This document shows, piece by piece, positions 23,828 through 34,939 of a stretch of 38,953 nucleotides of DNA. The notes beneath the pieces are model-generated. The model was given only the letters and a program-made list of their open reading frames with translations, was not told where the DNA came from and did no database searches. The first letter of the stretch is position 1. Each line of letters starts with the position of its first letter. The translations under genes were made by a program, and so were the position numbers. Source of the stretch: Octopus bimaculoides (taxonomy: Eukaryota); assembly GCF_001194135.2 (NCBI RefSeq), contig NC_068994.1, positions 18,951,641-18,990,593 of the forward strand. Direction: 5' to 3'.

Positions 23828-24435
23828 CTTTACTTTCTGTCTTTTACTTGCTTCAGTTAGTTGGCTGGAGCACAGCCTTGAAGGGTTTCAGTCGAATGAA
23901 TTGACCCCAGTATTTGTCTTTTTGTTTTTTAAGTCTCATATTTATTATTTCAGTCTCTTTTGCTGAACCACTAAGTTACGGGGTGGGGTATAGAAACCAA
24001 CACCGATTGTCAAGCAGTCATGGTAGGGGGCAAATACTAAGATACCCACACACATATATAAAAGGAGGGGGAGTAAAAAGTTCCTGGCTTTGGGTAAAAG
24101 AAAATACAGGATGATCAGTTAATTATGATTTTATTCAACATATTTCCCTCTCAGATTCACATGCTTATTGTAGTGGTCCTTCAGTTTTTCTAAGCCCCGT
24201 AAAAGAACTTCGAAGGTTGGGCCTTTTGTGATACCCTTAAAGCCAGGAACTTTCCAGCACCCTCTTGTATATCTATATATATTATGGGCTTCTTTCAGTT
24301 TCTGCTAACCAAATCCACTCCCAAGGCTTTGGTTGGCCAGAGGCTATAATAAATGACACTTGCCCACATTACTACACAGTGAGACTGAACCCAGACTCAT
24401 GTAGTTCGGAAGCAAACTTCTGACCATACTGGCAT
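23828..24435 (-). mobile_element. SINE family A interrupted by a MITE
   Basis: Head at 24283-24435, MITE at 24059-24269, tail at 23828-24050. Confidence 0.8.
24059..24269 (-). mobile_element. Mariner-derived MITE nested in the TA-rich middle of a SINE
   Basis: TIRs AAAAAGTTCCTGGCTTT and AAAGCCAGGAACTTTCC with TA flanks. Homologous to 15482-15684. Confidence 0.85.
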
Positions 24436-26124
24436 GTCAGAACAAACTTTATTTTGTCTTCTCGTTAATAAAGAGAGGGCAAAAGATTTTAGAAGGCCTG
24501 GGATTTGACAGTTTGAAAACCACTAAGCTAATGCATCATGGTACTTATTTTCACAGCAATGTTTACAAAGCCATTAAGAATAAAGTGTTTTTGCAAAATG
24601 ATATAATGCAGCAACAGTTACAGGTTATGAACAACCTAATTCTTCAGTCAGAAAGCAAGCACTTTAACAACTTGATCAACAGTGATTTTTGTTTGAAAAT
24701 ACCAATCTAATATTTTAATTTATTTTTTTATTATTTTTTGGCTGATGAAGCAAGGGGTTGGGTAGCTGTCATATTCAATTCTTAAAAAAAAATAACAAAC
24801 TTTGTCTCATTTGAGCTCATGCTCCCTTATTCCACTTGGGAGGTATGCGTTCATTCCTTTAAAATTTTTAGTCATCTGATCACTGTAATTTGAATCCTAA
24901 TCTCCACCCCAACTTCGACCAATTAATTATCCCCTTTTAGAACTGATGAAAGGCAATTTCCTAATCTAGAAGATAAATAACTTGTTTTCTATGTAGGATA
25001 TGGTATACTTGGCTATCTCACCATCACTTCCACCCATTTATTTCAACAGTTTAATAACTGTTTCTTTTATATGGTTTTGTTTATTTCCTTGTTTGTCTTT
25101 CCCCAACTTCCCATATTTTACACCCATCCTTATTTTATAACATGTTTATTTATTTACATCTTTTTTTTTTTTCTGTATGTACAGTTAGTGTGGATGCAAA
25201 TATCAATATCTGTATAATATATCAAACAGATCTGTTTGAATTTGAAAGTTGAACTATCCTCCACTGGCTAGAAATACACAAACAACACTGTCATAAATGT
25301 GTGACAGGAAAAACAAAAATCAAGAGTAAATTTTTTCGATTTTAAGCCATTTGAGATTGCACTGAATGTTTTAAGGTGAATCATATAAATCAGACTTGAA
25401 ACTAAAAGATTTCTGATATACCAGTTTGTTTATACACTGACATATTTCATTTTCTTATGTACTATTTCTATTTAGTCAAGTTTCTTCAAACTATCAGTTT
25501 ATTTTCCTTTCTTTATATCATTTCCCTTTATTATATAAGGTCCTTAAACATATAAACCTACCATAAAATATGATGCAAAAAATTAATTTCAAATAAATAT
25601 ATAAATATGTCACAAGGGACTTTTAAGAAAACTCCAGTTTCAACTCATATTTAAATATTTTTAAGTAGTTAAATATTCTTTCATAGCACAGAGTGTTGTA
25701 GATGTATCAGAGTTATCTATTTTCAGTAATCAGTTGAGCTAAGGCACAGTAGAATACACGATGAAACACAAGCAGCAGATTTCAACCAAATGGCCTATAA
25801 GTACATGGTCCAATATCTTATCTACTCATCTTTCCACTGAATCACATAAATAAAATACTCTTTGTTCAAACTAGCTTTACCCAGCTCTGTTGACATGCTA
25901 TTTCTTGTGGAAGTGTCTTCTCTACATCTCACAAGAATTCATCATTTTCTTTGACCATTTCATGCTTTTTCTACGATGACATATCTAAATTGACACATCT
26001 GACCAGTCAACCAATTATTTGAACTGAGAATAGTGTGACCATAGCTCTTGAAACATATAGGGTCATTCCAGTAAAATTCAACAAGGATCTGTTGTGAAGG
26101 TTCTTAGATCTTCTTCAAATTTAG

Positions 26125-26342
26125 ACCATTTCTTTTGCAGACTTCCTTGTGCTGTTAAGCGCTTGATGATTCCACTGCTATCACAAACATTTTTACCATG
26201 TGATGTGGCAAAGAAGTACCATTCTGCTTTTAACTAAAATCCTACTCATAGAACAACAAATTAGAAATATTCTTGTTGTTTTTATTCTGTGCTGATGATC
26301 AGTCACTGAAATAAATAATCTCTATTTCAGGAAAGTTGGATT
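26125..26342 (-). pseudogene. DDE transposase catalytic remnant, tentatively Sola-like
   Basis: IYFSD*SSAQNKNNKNISNLLFYE*DFS, then a 1-nt frameshift, then KAEWYFFATSHGKNVCDSSGIIKRLTAQGSLQ. This matches the recurrent SDG..SQYKN...WHFFATSHGKGPCDG motif pair. The superfamily assignment is my inference. Confidence 0.7.
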
Positions 26343-26419
26343 TCAGTAATTCATCAATCAATCAATACCTTTCCTATTGAGTAACTGTAACTCCCTTTTA
26401 CTCTGAAATCATATGATCA

Positions 26420-27031
26420 TAAATATTATAGAGAACCCATTTCAGGTCACCAGTCACTATTTGGTCCAAAAAAGGCTCATTCATTAGATGTGACAGCAAA
26501 GAAAAGCACACATTCACTCTCTGTGCGGGATTAGATTCAGAAAGTTTGTGAGGAACCCATTGACTCAATTTGCCAGCACTTCTGATGGCATGCAGGTGTC
26601 GATGAATGATTGAATGACCAAATCCAAGCCTCTCTGCTAATTCCTCAACAGTTACAATGGATTTTGTTCCACCAGGGTTTGCAGGATGTCCTCATCGAAC
26701 TCTAGAGATCTTCCAGGACAAGGCCCATTTTCTAGGTTGTTGTTTTGAGCTCAGAATTTCTGAAACTATATTCTGCATTAATATTCTTCACACTTTCCTT
26801 TGTCTTGTTGTCTTTATTGAACTTATAAAGCAAAATATGCTGAATATGCTCCTTTGTCACTTCCATTATGGCTTTGAAAAAATAACTGTTAAAATCGAAC
26901 TGCACTAAGAATAAGTAAGGTAAAATTACTTCTTGCTTTTATAGCAAGCAGATGCAGGTAGTTTATCCCATCCACCTTCAACATTTAGTTCATGCAATTG
27001 AAAAAACTGCATTATTTATGGGATGACCCAA
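26420..27031 (-). mobile_element. 3'-truncated mariner element 3
   Basis: 5' TIR TA|TTGGGTCATCCCATAAATAAT. Peptides MEVTKEHIQHILLYKFNK and GRSLEFDEDILQTLVEQNP...LSQWVPHKLSE...FLDQIVTGDLKWVLYN (first catalytic D region). Confidence 0.9.
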
Positions 27032-27047
27032 TATATATACTCGTATA

Positions 27048-27079
<32 letters not shown>

Positions 27080-28118
27080 AATGTGAGACATTCTGTGTGT
27101 GTTTATAGATAGATAGACACACATATCTATACATACATGTATATAGCAAATTTTAGAGGTAATACTTGATAATTGCAAGTACCTGTATATGCCAGATAGT
27201 GGCCGAGGTAAAAGAATAAATTAAAAACGTAAAATTAAAACAGAACACAAAGGATTCCGCGGTACACATGCTTCAAGCTTTATACACAAACAGTCGTTGC
27301 ATCATTATATGGGTATATAATTGATAGATAGGATGGTATAAAGCTATCTTCAGCCACAAATATATTCTTTCCCAAGATTATNNNNNNNNNNNNNNNNNNN
27401 NNNNNNNNNNNNNNNNNNNNNNNNNNNNNNNNNNNNNNNNNNNNNNNNNNNNNNNNNNNNNNNNNNNNNNNNNNNNNNNNNNNNNNNNNNNNNNNNNNNN
27501 NNNNNNNNNNNNNNNNNNNNNNNNNNNNNNNNNNNNNNNNNNNNNNNNNNNNNNNNNNNNNNNNNNNNNNNNNNNNNNNNNNNNNNNNNNNNNNNNNNNN
27601 NNNNNNNNNNNNNNNNNNNNNNNNNNNNNNNNNNNNNNNNNNNNNNNNNNNNNNNNNNNNNNNNNNNNNNNNNNNNNNNNNNNNNNNNNNNNNNNNNNNN
27701 NNNNNNNNNNNNNNNNNNNNNNNNNNNNNNNNNNNNNNNNNNNNNNNNNNNNNNNNNNNNNNNNNNNNNNNNNNNNNNNNNNNNNNNNNNNNNNNNNNNN
27801 NNNNNNNNNNNNNNNNNNNNNNNNNNNNNNNNNNNNNNNNNNNNNNNNNNNNNNNNNNNNNNNNNNNNNNNNNNNNNNNNNNNNNNNNNNNNNNNNNNNN
27901 NNNNNNNNNNNNNNNNNNNNNNNNNNNNNNNNNNNNNNNNNNNNNNNNNNNNNNNNNNNNNNNNNNNNNNNNNNNNNNNNNNNNNNNNTAGATATGTGTA
28001 AACTGTAAATTGGGGATGGGATTTTTATCTGTATATCTAATGAAATAAATTTTGAAATTGAAATAAAATGTTACTCAAAATGTGGAGGGTTTTTTTTTTA
28101 TCGTGAGTGCCACTGACT

Positions 28119-28206
28119 TGCCATTGAGATATGACTCTGGAGGAAGCAATTGCAACAAATTCTCCAAAACAAGTCAGAGATTTGTTTGCAGAGCTTCCCA
28201 TTCAGG
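28119..28206 (+). mobile_element. Possible Helitron RepHel fragment
   Basis: CH*DMTLEEAIATNSPKQVRDLFA resembles the Helitron HW..TLEEA....P.QLR.LFA segment. Very short. Confidence 0.35.
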
Positions 28207-28254
28207 GTAAGTTGCTTAAAAGCTACATACTAGCTTAAAAGCAACCCAATAGGG

Positions 28255-28573
28255 CGACCTCGGGCCGACGGAAACCATGTGTGTCGATCTGATAGACAGA
28301 AACTGAAAGAAACCCATCATATATATAAATATATATACGTGTATCTGTGTGTTTGTATCTTTCTGTCTGTGTTCATCTTCCACCACTGCTTGACAAATGT
28401 TGTTGGTGTGTTTACATCATCATAACTTAAAAGTTCAGAAACAAGAGACCAATAGAATAAGTACTAAATATAAGTAAAATAAGTCCTGGAATTTATTTGT
28501 TGACTAAAACCCTTCAAGGCAGTGTCCCATCATGGCTACAGTCAAATGACTGAAACAAGTAAAAGATAGAAGA
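28255..28573 (+). mobile_element. SINE family A, 5'-truncated
   Basis: GACAGAAACTGAAAGAAACCC + short TA repeat + tail. Confidence 0.8.
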
Positions 28574-28850
28574 TAAATCCAAAATTGACATCATTTAAAT
28601 ATAAATTTAAATGTCCTGAAATGCAATAATAACTATACTTATTTAGTGGCTAATAACATAATTGCATTCAGTTTTGAAATGACCGTTTCTCATTTTAATT
28701 TACTTCAAGACCATGTACTGTACATATGATATCTGATGATGTCTGATAACAATCAGAGATGAAATAAGTAGAAACGAGATGTAGACATGAATATTATTGA
28801 GTCTCAGGGAGGTGATGACAAATGACTGTAACTTTTGGCAATTTGCTGTG

Positions 28851-29165
28851 CTTGAGAAGACACATAAAGCTTAGTGAAATCATAGTTGTGGCCAGAGCCA
28901 TTGACACATGAAAGGCACTCATGCCAGTGACATGTAAAGGGCACCCGTACCAGTGACATGTAAAAGGCACCTGTGCTAGTGATATGTAGAAGGTACTGAT
29001 GCAGGTGATACATAAAAGATGCCCTGTACACTCAGCAATCATAGAAACCAAGCCAAGATAGACTGGAGCCTAGTGCAGCTCTCTGATTTACTAGCTCCAG
29101 TCCAGTTGTCTTACCCATGCTAGTATGGAAAACGAGTGCTAAATGTTGATGATGATGATGATGAT
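28851..29165 (+). mobile_element. 5'-truncated RTE 3' end with five diverged 26-bp units and a (GAT)n tail
   Basis: Starts at TTTGCTGTGCTTGAGAAGAC (ORF2 end) and ends CCCATGCTAGTATGGAAAA...GATGATGAT. Confidence 0.8.
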
Positions 29166-29377
29166 ACACACTACAAGTCATGGTTAATGTTTCTGAAATT
29201 TAAAATCTATTAACAAAGACAGGGATCTGAAGTTTTATACTGTGAAAATTAAAGTGCATCCTTGCATGATGTAAGAAGAGAGTAAGTGTTAGTGTCAGCA
29301 TCCAGCCCTAAAACACTGTCACAAAAGAGAGTCTCATGATGAGAATGATTACACATGGGTGACAAAGACTTGTGGTG

Positions 29378-30312
29378 GTTTGCTGTGCTTGAGAAGACAT
29401 GTCAAGCTAAGTGGAACTATAGTCACAGCCAGTACTGGTGCATGTAAAAGGCACTTGTGTCTGTGACATGTGAAAGGCACTTGTGTCAGTGACATGTAAA
29501 AGGCACTTGTGTCAGTGACACGTAAAAGGCACTTGTGTCAGTGACANNNNNNNNNNNNNNNNNNNNNNNNNNNNNNNNNNNNNNNNNNNNNNNNNNNNNN
29601 NNNNNNNNNNNNNNNNNNNNNNNNNNNNNNNNNNNNNNNNNNNNNNNNNNNNNNNNNNNNNNNNNNNNNNNNNNNNNNNNNNNNNNNNNNNNNNNNNNNN
29701 NNNNNNNNNNNNNNNNNNNNNNNNNNNNNNNNNNNNNNNNNNNNNNNNNNNNNNNNNNNNNNNNNNNNNNNNNNNNNNNNNNNNNNNNNNNNNNNNNNNN
29801 NNNNNNNNNNNNNNNNNNNNNNNNNNNNNNNNNNNNNNNNNNNNNNNNNNNNNNNNNNNNNNNNNNNNNNNNNNNNNNNNNNNNNNNNNNNNNNNNNNNN
29901 NNNNNNNNNNNNNNNAAAGGCACTTGTGTCAGTGACATGTAAAAGGCACTTGTGTCAGTGACATGTGAAAGGCACTTGTGTCAGTGACATGTAAAAGGCA
30001 CTTGTGTCAGTGACACGTAAAAGGCACTTGTGTCAGTGACATGTAAAAGGCACTTGTGTCAGTGACACGTAAAAGGCACTTGTGTCAGTGACATGTAAAA
30101 GACACTTGTGTCAGTGACATGTAAAAGGCACCTGCTACACTTATAAAATGGTTGGCATTAGGAAGGGCATCCAGCTGTAGAAACCACATCAAAGCAGATG
30201 ACTGGAGCCTGGTACAGCTCTCTGGCTTACCAGTTCCAGTCAAACTGTCTAACCCATGCCAGCTTGGAAAGTGGACACTAAATGATGATGGAGATGAGGA
30301 TGATGATGATAA
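29378..30312 (+). mobile_element. 5'-truncated RTE 3' end carrying an expanded 26-bp minisatellite
   Basis: Same 5' motif and (GAT)n tail as 28851-29165. Confidence 0.8.
29441..30132. repeat. 26-bp minisatellite (AAAAGGCACTTGTGTCAGTGACATGT)n
   Basis: About 4 units to the left and 8 to the right of the 29547-29915 gap. Near-identical units, no spacers. Confidence 0.95.
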
Positions 30313-31286
30313 AGTTTTTGATGTTCCTGGTGGAGACTGGTAGTTAAGGTTTAGGATGTGGAAAGCTGGAACTTTGGCTAGGAGATCAGGGGATGTGGTA
30401 GAGGGCACTGATCAGAAATGAATGTAGAAGGAAGTAAAGAATGGGAAGACTTTGAAAAACACAGATGAAGATGAGAGAAGAGAAAATGAGAGTAAGTGGG
30501 TTGATGAAGGGGATGTGAAGGACAGAACAAAATGGGATTACTGGCATAAGAAGTTATGAGATAAGCAAGGAAAATGTTCTTAAACTTCCTATTGCTGCTG
30601 TTGAAATTAAAACAAAGTTGTTCCTATTGTTTAGCCTTGAGTATAATTTCTATTTATTATTCTTACTGAAGGTGTTTTTGGTTAGCAACACAACAAAAAA
30701 TATTGGAGTTTCTTATACATAGATAGTATTCCTTAAGAAACCTTTTTTCCACATTTTAAACTCCCCAAATTAGGGGATTCTTTATACACGTTAAAATACG
30801 GTAATTACCTCTTTAAAGTCTACAGTCACTGGAAATTATGTTAATAGATATTATACATAATTATATAATAAAGTGATTAGCTGGCAAAGTTGTTATCATG
30901 TGAGACAAAATGCTGAACAGTATTTTTCTGGCTTTTTTTTATATTCTGAATTTAAATTACGTTAAGGTAGACTTTGCCTTTCATCTTCTCAAATTCGATA
31001 AAATAGGTACCAGTTGAGTACTGGGGTTGGTATAATTGACTTGCCATCTTCTCTTAAAACTGCTGACTTTGTACCAAAATTAGGAGAAAAAAATAGTTTG
31101 GAAGAATTGTGAATAATTATTTTAAATGTAAATCAATTTGTCAGCAAGCAGGTATGAAATGAATAAATAAATAGCTAAATATAACATATTTAAGCCAAAG
31201 CAAAAATCTTTACAAGTTTTAAAAACGATTAACAAATTCCGTTTTCAGTCAAATCAAGGAATGATATAAAAAGGAAAGTTACCTAC

Positions 31287-31620
31287 CTTGAATTTGCATT
31301 TTTTTTTTTTTTTCGTTTTTAAATTCAATTATTTCATTTCACTTTCATGTCTTCATTGTTTATAACTAGATTTATCAAGGAGATCAAAGCGCATAGTTTA
31401 AATCCAATTCAGTTCATGAATTTTCTTGTTCTCGAAGCCAAAGGCGTTATTTATATATTTTTAAAAGCAAGTTGTTTAACTCTGAAAATAAATGTACAAC
31501 TTCGTCGGCGATTCTTCTGTTTTCCACTCATTTTTTTCAGGTCGCTACATTAAATTATCTCCCCTAGACTCTTCACAGGGAAAACTCATAATTTGTTTAC
31601 GTTTAGTAGGTTACATGAAC
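31287..31620 (-). other. Candidate first exon / promoter-proximal region
   Basis: Local CpG enrichment at about 31390-31610 in a CpG-poor window. ATG CAA ATT CAA G (31299-31287) is followed by the donor GTAGGT (phase 1). Confidence 0.25.
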
Positions 31621-32423
31621 AATTTACCATCAGATCTTGTTAAATGTCTTCTAACCACTTGAAATTTTTCAAATTTCAGCAAATTATTTTTAAAAAATGT
31701 AATTCTGATGATGAAAATCGCAATTATTATTTTTTTTACTTTCTAGAAACAAATAAAGAAATTACATTTAAAGTTATGTGATTTTTGCCAATTGAAAACT
31801 TCTATGTCTGTTGATTTCCATTGCTATGGAGATTAGCAGACACGAAACCTTTACATGATCTCATGTTGGCGGTGGGATCTGGGTTGCAGTTGATATGAAC
31901 GTCAGTAGTGACAGGGATACTGTTATGTCTAGCGTGTCTATTATGTGTGAGGCATTCTTGTATAGTTATGCCCTTATATATGTGTGTGTTGTTATATGTA
32001 TTTCATTTGTGATTGTTGTTGTTGCTGCAGGTGCACGATGTTATTGTAGTTATTGTTGTCATCGTTGTTGTTGTTATTTTTGTTGCTGCTGTAAGTATTG
32101 TGGTTTTCTTGGTTTTGTATGTTCATATTGTCGTTGGTGTTGCAATGTCCTAATTTCCAACTCATCATAGTGAATCCATTCACAAGGCTTTGATCAGCCC
32201 AGCTATAGTAGAAGACACTCGCTCAAGGTACAGAGTAGTGAGGTAGAACCCGGAACCATGTAACTGAGAAACAAACTTCTTAACCATGCCTGCACTAATA
32301 CACACACACACATACACACACGATTTCATATTATATTATATTATATTATCACACCTGTCTGATGAATGGTTATGGGAAACTGAGTAACAGCTTGTAAAGT
32401 TTATTGCGGCTTCAATAAAATAG

Positions 32424-32456
<33 letters not shown>

Positions 32457-32477
32457 GTATGTATGTATATGTGTGCA

Positions 32478-32518
<41 letters not shown>

Positions 32519-32519
32519 A

Positions 32520-33960
32520 TAGAAAGGACAACAAAAGAAAGAAAGAAAGAGACCTCGATATTATGTAAATAGAGGAATTTATCTGTAAAAATATGTGACA
32601 CTTATTCGGTAGCCATGATAAAACTCTGAGTTTCAGATTCCGGGGTGGGAACCCACGCCAACATCTCTTCAGTTATCTGGCCATTNNNNNNNNNNTCTGT
32701 AAAAATATGTGACACTTATTCGGTAGCCATGATAAAACTCTGAGTTTCAGATTCCGGGGTGGGAACCCACGCCAACATCTCTTCAGTTATCTGGCCATTG
32801 AAAATTCCTGTGAAAAATTACCGTTTAACAAAGGGAAATTACTGTGTGGTTGACTGTTATTAAGAAAAAAAGCTATAGACCGCTAAGTGAGGGGAGGGAG
32901 TAGAGGTAAGGGAGTAGAAAATTCTATAGTGTTCGCATAAGCGCACCAATCCGTACATTCGCCTATATGTATATACTAAGACACCCGTGCTTGAAACACA
33001 CACATGCTCACCCACACACTCGCCAAAACCTATACATATATGTACATATATATACCCGCGTACACACCCACACACACACGCACTCAACAACCTCGCACCC
33101 ATACACACGCATGCAAAAAAAATATTAAAAAAAAAAAAATTATAGGGTTAAAAGCAAAATACAGAAGAAAGTGTGAGAAAGCTATAAGGTTAAAACGCAT
33201 CTAATATGCGCATATTTTCGCATGCACGTGCATACATCTATATACGTATGTACCCGCACACACGCACACATTCACAAGCGCGCACATAAGGTTCCATGTA
33301 CGTATCTATAGACACACAGTAAAAAACAGGGTGGAGGGGAGAAAACAGAAAAATATGTGTGGAAAAAATGCAAAACAGTAACTCTATAATTATGTAAAAA
33401 GTATATAAGAAATCTAAGTAAAAAGTATAGAAAGATAAAAAGCTTATACATAGACACAATATAGAAAGCAAGTCCTATCAGTAAACACAGGGGGACCAAA
33501 AACATAGCAAATATTTAGCCACATGTGGACATGATCCGAAAAGTTCAGTCCTTGAATTTAGACATGTGGCAGGGTCTAAGCTGCCTTTCCAGATGAGCCA
33601 TCTTTCCATATCACATAGACCGCACCTTCCACTGCCGTTGGTGTAAGGTTTACACTTGGCTGAGATCTTCTAATGGATGTTGTAACTGACACCTTTATCT
33701 TTTAAAGACCATATATGACTGGATAATTTGGTCGTTTTCCTTTTGTCCCAGTTTTTGTGTGTTGTGTGCGATTATATTTTTAAAGTTAGCAGTTGAGCTG
33801 AAACTGATTTTTAAGTTATGTCTGTTGAAGATCTTTCTATATAAATATAAGGACACAGGAAATGTGTCAAGGCCGACAGGAAGCGGTCCAGCTTCCTAGG
33901 GCTAAATAACAGCAGTATGATTCCCTTATTGGGACTGTCACATTGAGTTGACAATATACA
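32520..33960 (-). mobile_element. Internally deleted Penelope-like element: ORF remnant plus 3' pseudo-LTR region
   Basis: KIFNRHNLKISFSSTANFKNIIAHN (post-RT linker) is joined to TTKLSSHIWSLKDKGVSYNIH*KISAKCKPYTNGSGRCGLCDMER...LNSRTELFGSCPH (PLE GIY-YIG C-terminal half). A hammerhead motif lies downstream on the same strand. Confidence 0.85.
32611..32682 (-). ncRNA. Type I hammerhead ribozyme motif (identical second copy at 32725-32796)
   Basis: Stem I GGCCA-GATAA pairs with TTATC-A-TGGCT. Core CTGAAGA (32672-32666), stem-loop II, GAAA (32634-32631), palindromic stem III ACTC-A-GAGT, cleavage triplet GUU. One non-canonical extra T precedes GAAA. Confidence 0.7.
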
Positions 33961-34803
33961 GCTGCTATATATATATATATGTATATATGTATATATATAG
34001 GTGAGAAAGTTGGTATGTGAAAGCACGTGGTTGGATGTATAAAAGACAATAAGAGTGAAAAAACTACAGAAGGCTTGTGTTACATGGTTAAAGTATATAT
34101 TTAAATTATGGCAGAAAAATGTAAGAAAAATGTTATAAAAATGTTATAAAATCTTTTNNNNNNNNNNNNNNNNNNNNNNNNNNNNNNNNNNNNNNNNNNN
34201 NNNNNNNNNNNNNNNNNNNNNNNNNNNNNNNNNNNNNNNNNNNNNNNNNNNNNNNNNNNNNNNNNNNNNNNNNNNNNNNNNNNNNNNNNNNNNNNNNNNN
34301 NNNNNNNNNNNNNNNNNNNNNNNNNNNNNNNNNNNNNNNNNNNNNNNNNNNNNNNNNNNNNNNNNNNNNNNNNNNNNNNNNNNNNNNNNNNNNNNNNNNN
34401 NNNNNNNNNNNNNNNNNNNNNNNNNNNNNNNNNNNNNNNNNNNNNNNNNNNNNNNNNNNNNNNNNNNNNNNNNNNNNNNNNNNNNNNNNNNNNNNNNNNN
34501 NNNNNNNNNNNNNNNNNNNNNNNNNNNNNNNNNNNNNNNNNNNNNNNNNNNNNNNNNNNNNNNNNNNNNNNNNNNNNNNNNNNNNNNNNNNNNNNGAAAA
34601 AGGTTTCCTTATTTAATCTAATCTGTGTTGGTGTTTTAATGGCACATTGATAAAAAGGAAAGATTATAAATTGTGGTAGCATTTGTTTTGCGCATTTTTC
34701 AATATGATCACTAAACGGTATCATTCGGTATTCTGATTGGTTTCTATTAGCCCATTTATTCTATCAGAAGAATTTTTATTCATTAAGATAGAAGAAATAC
34801 ACA

Positions 34804-34834
<31 letters not shown>

Positions 34835-34904
34835 TTCAGAACGTAACCACATGTGAATCATTGGCAATTTTCTTCCGCCGTCCTCCTTTCTATTGGACTT
34901 TCCT

Positions 34905-34939
34905 CTGTTTCTGAAGAAGAGCTTTGCTCGAAACGTTAA
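34905..34939 (+). ncRNA. Minimal PLE-type hammerhead-like motif
   Basis: GTTT CTGAAGA A GAGC TTT GCTC GAAAC GTT AA. Stem I is reduced to about 2 bp by the adjacent insertion. Confidence 0.5.

Noticed and set aside
24513-24710. 65-aa plus-strand ORF and nearby AT-rich exon candidates, including 25184-25250
   Set aside because: No consistent acceptor/donor pair with an open frame, and no recognisable motif.
26058-26080. Missing right TIR of mariner 3
   Set aside because: Only a partial match to TTGGGTCATCCCATAA, and the intervening DNA is a different transposase.
29441-30132. CRISPR-like regular 26-bp repeats
   Set aside because: Head-to-tail units with no spacers, inside a LINE 3' UTR in a eukaryotic context, with no cas genes.
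32358-32385. CTGATGA...GAAAC hammerhead-like string
   Set aside because: No convincing stem II, III or I pairing.
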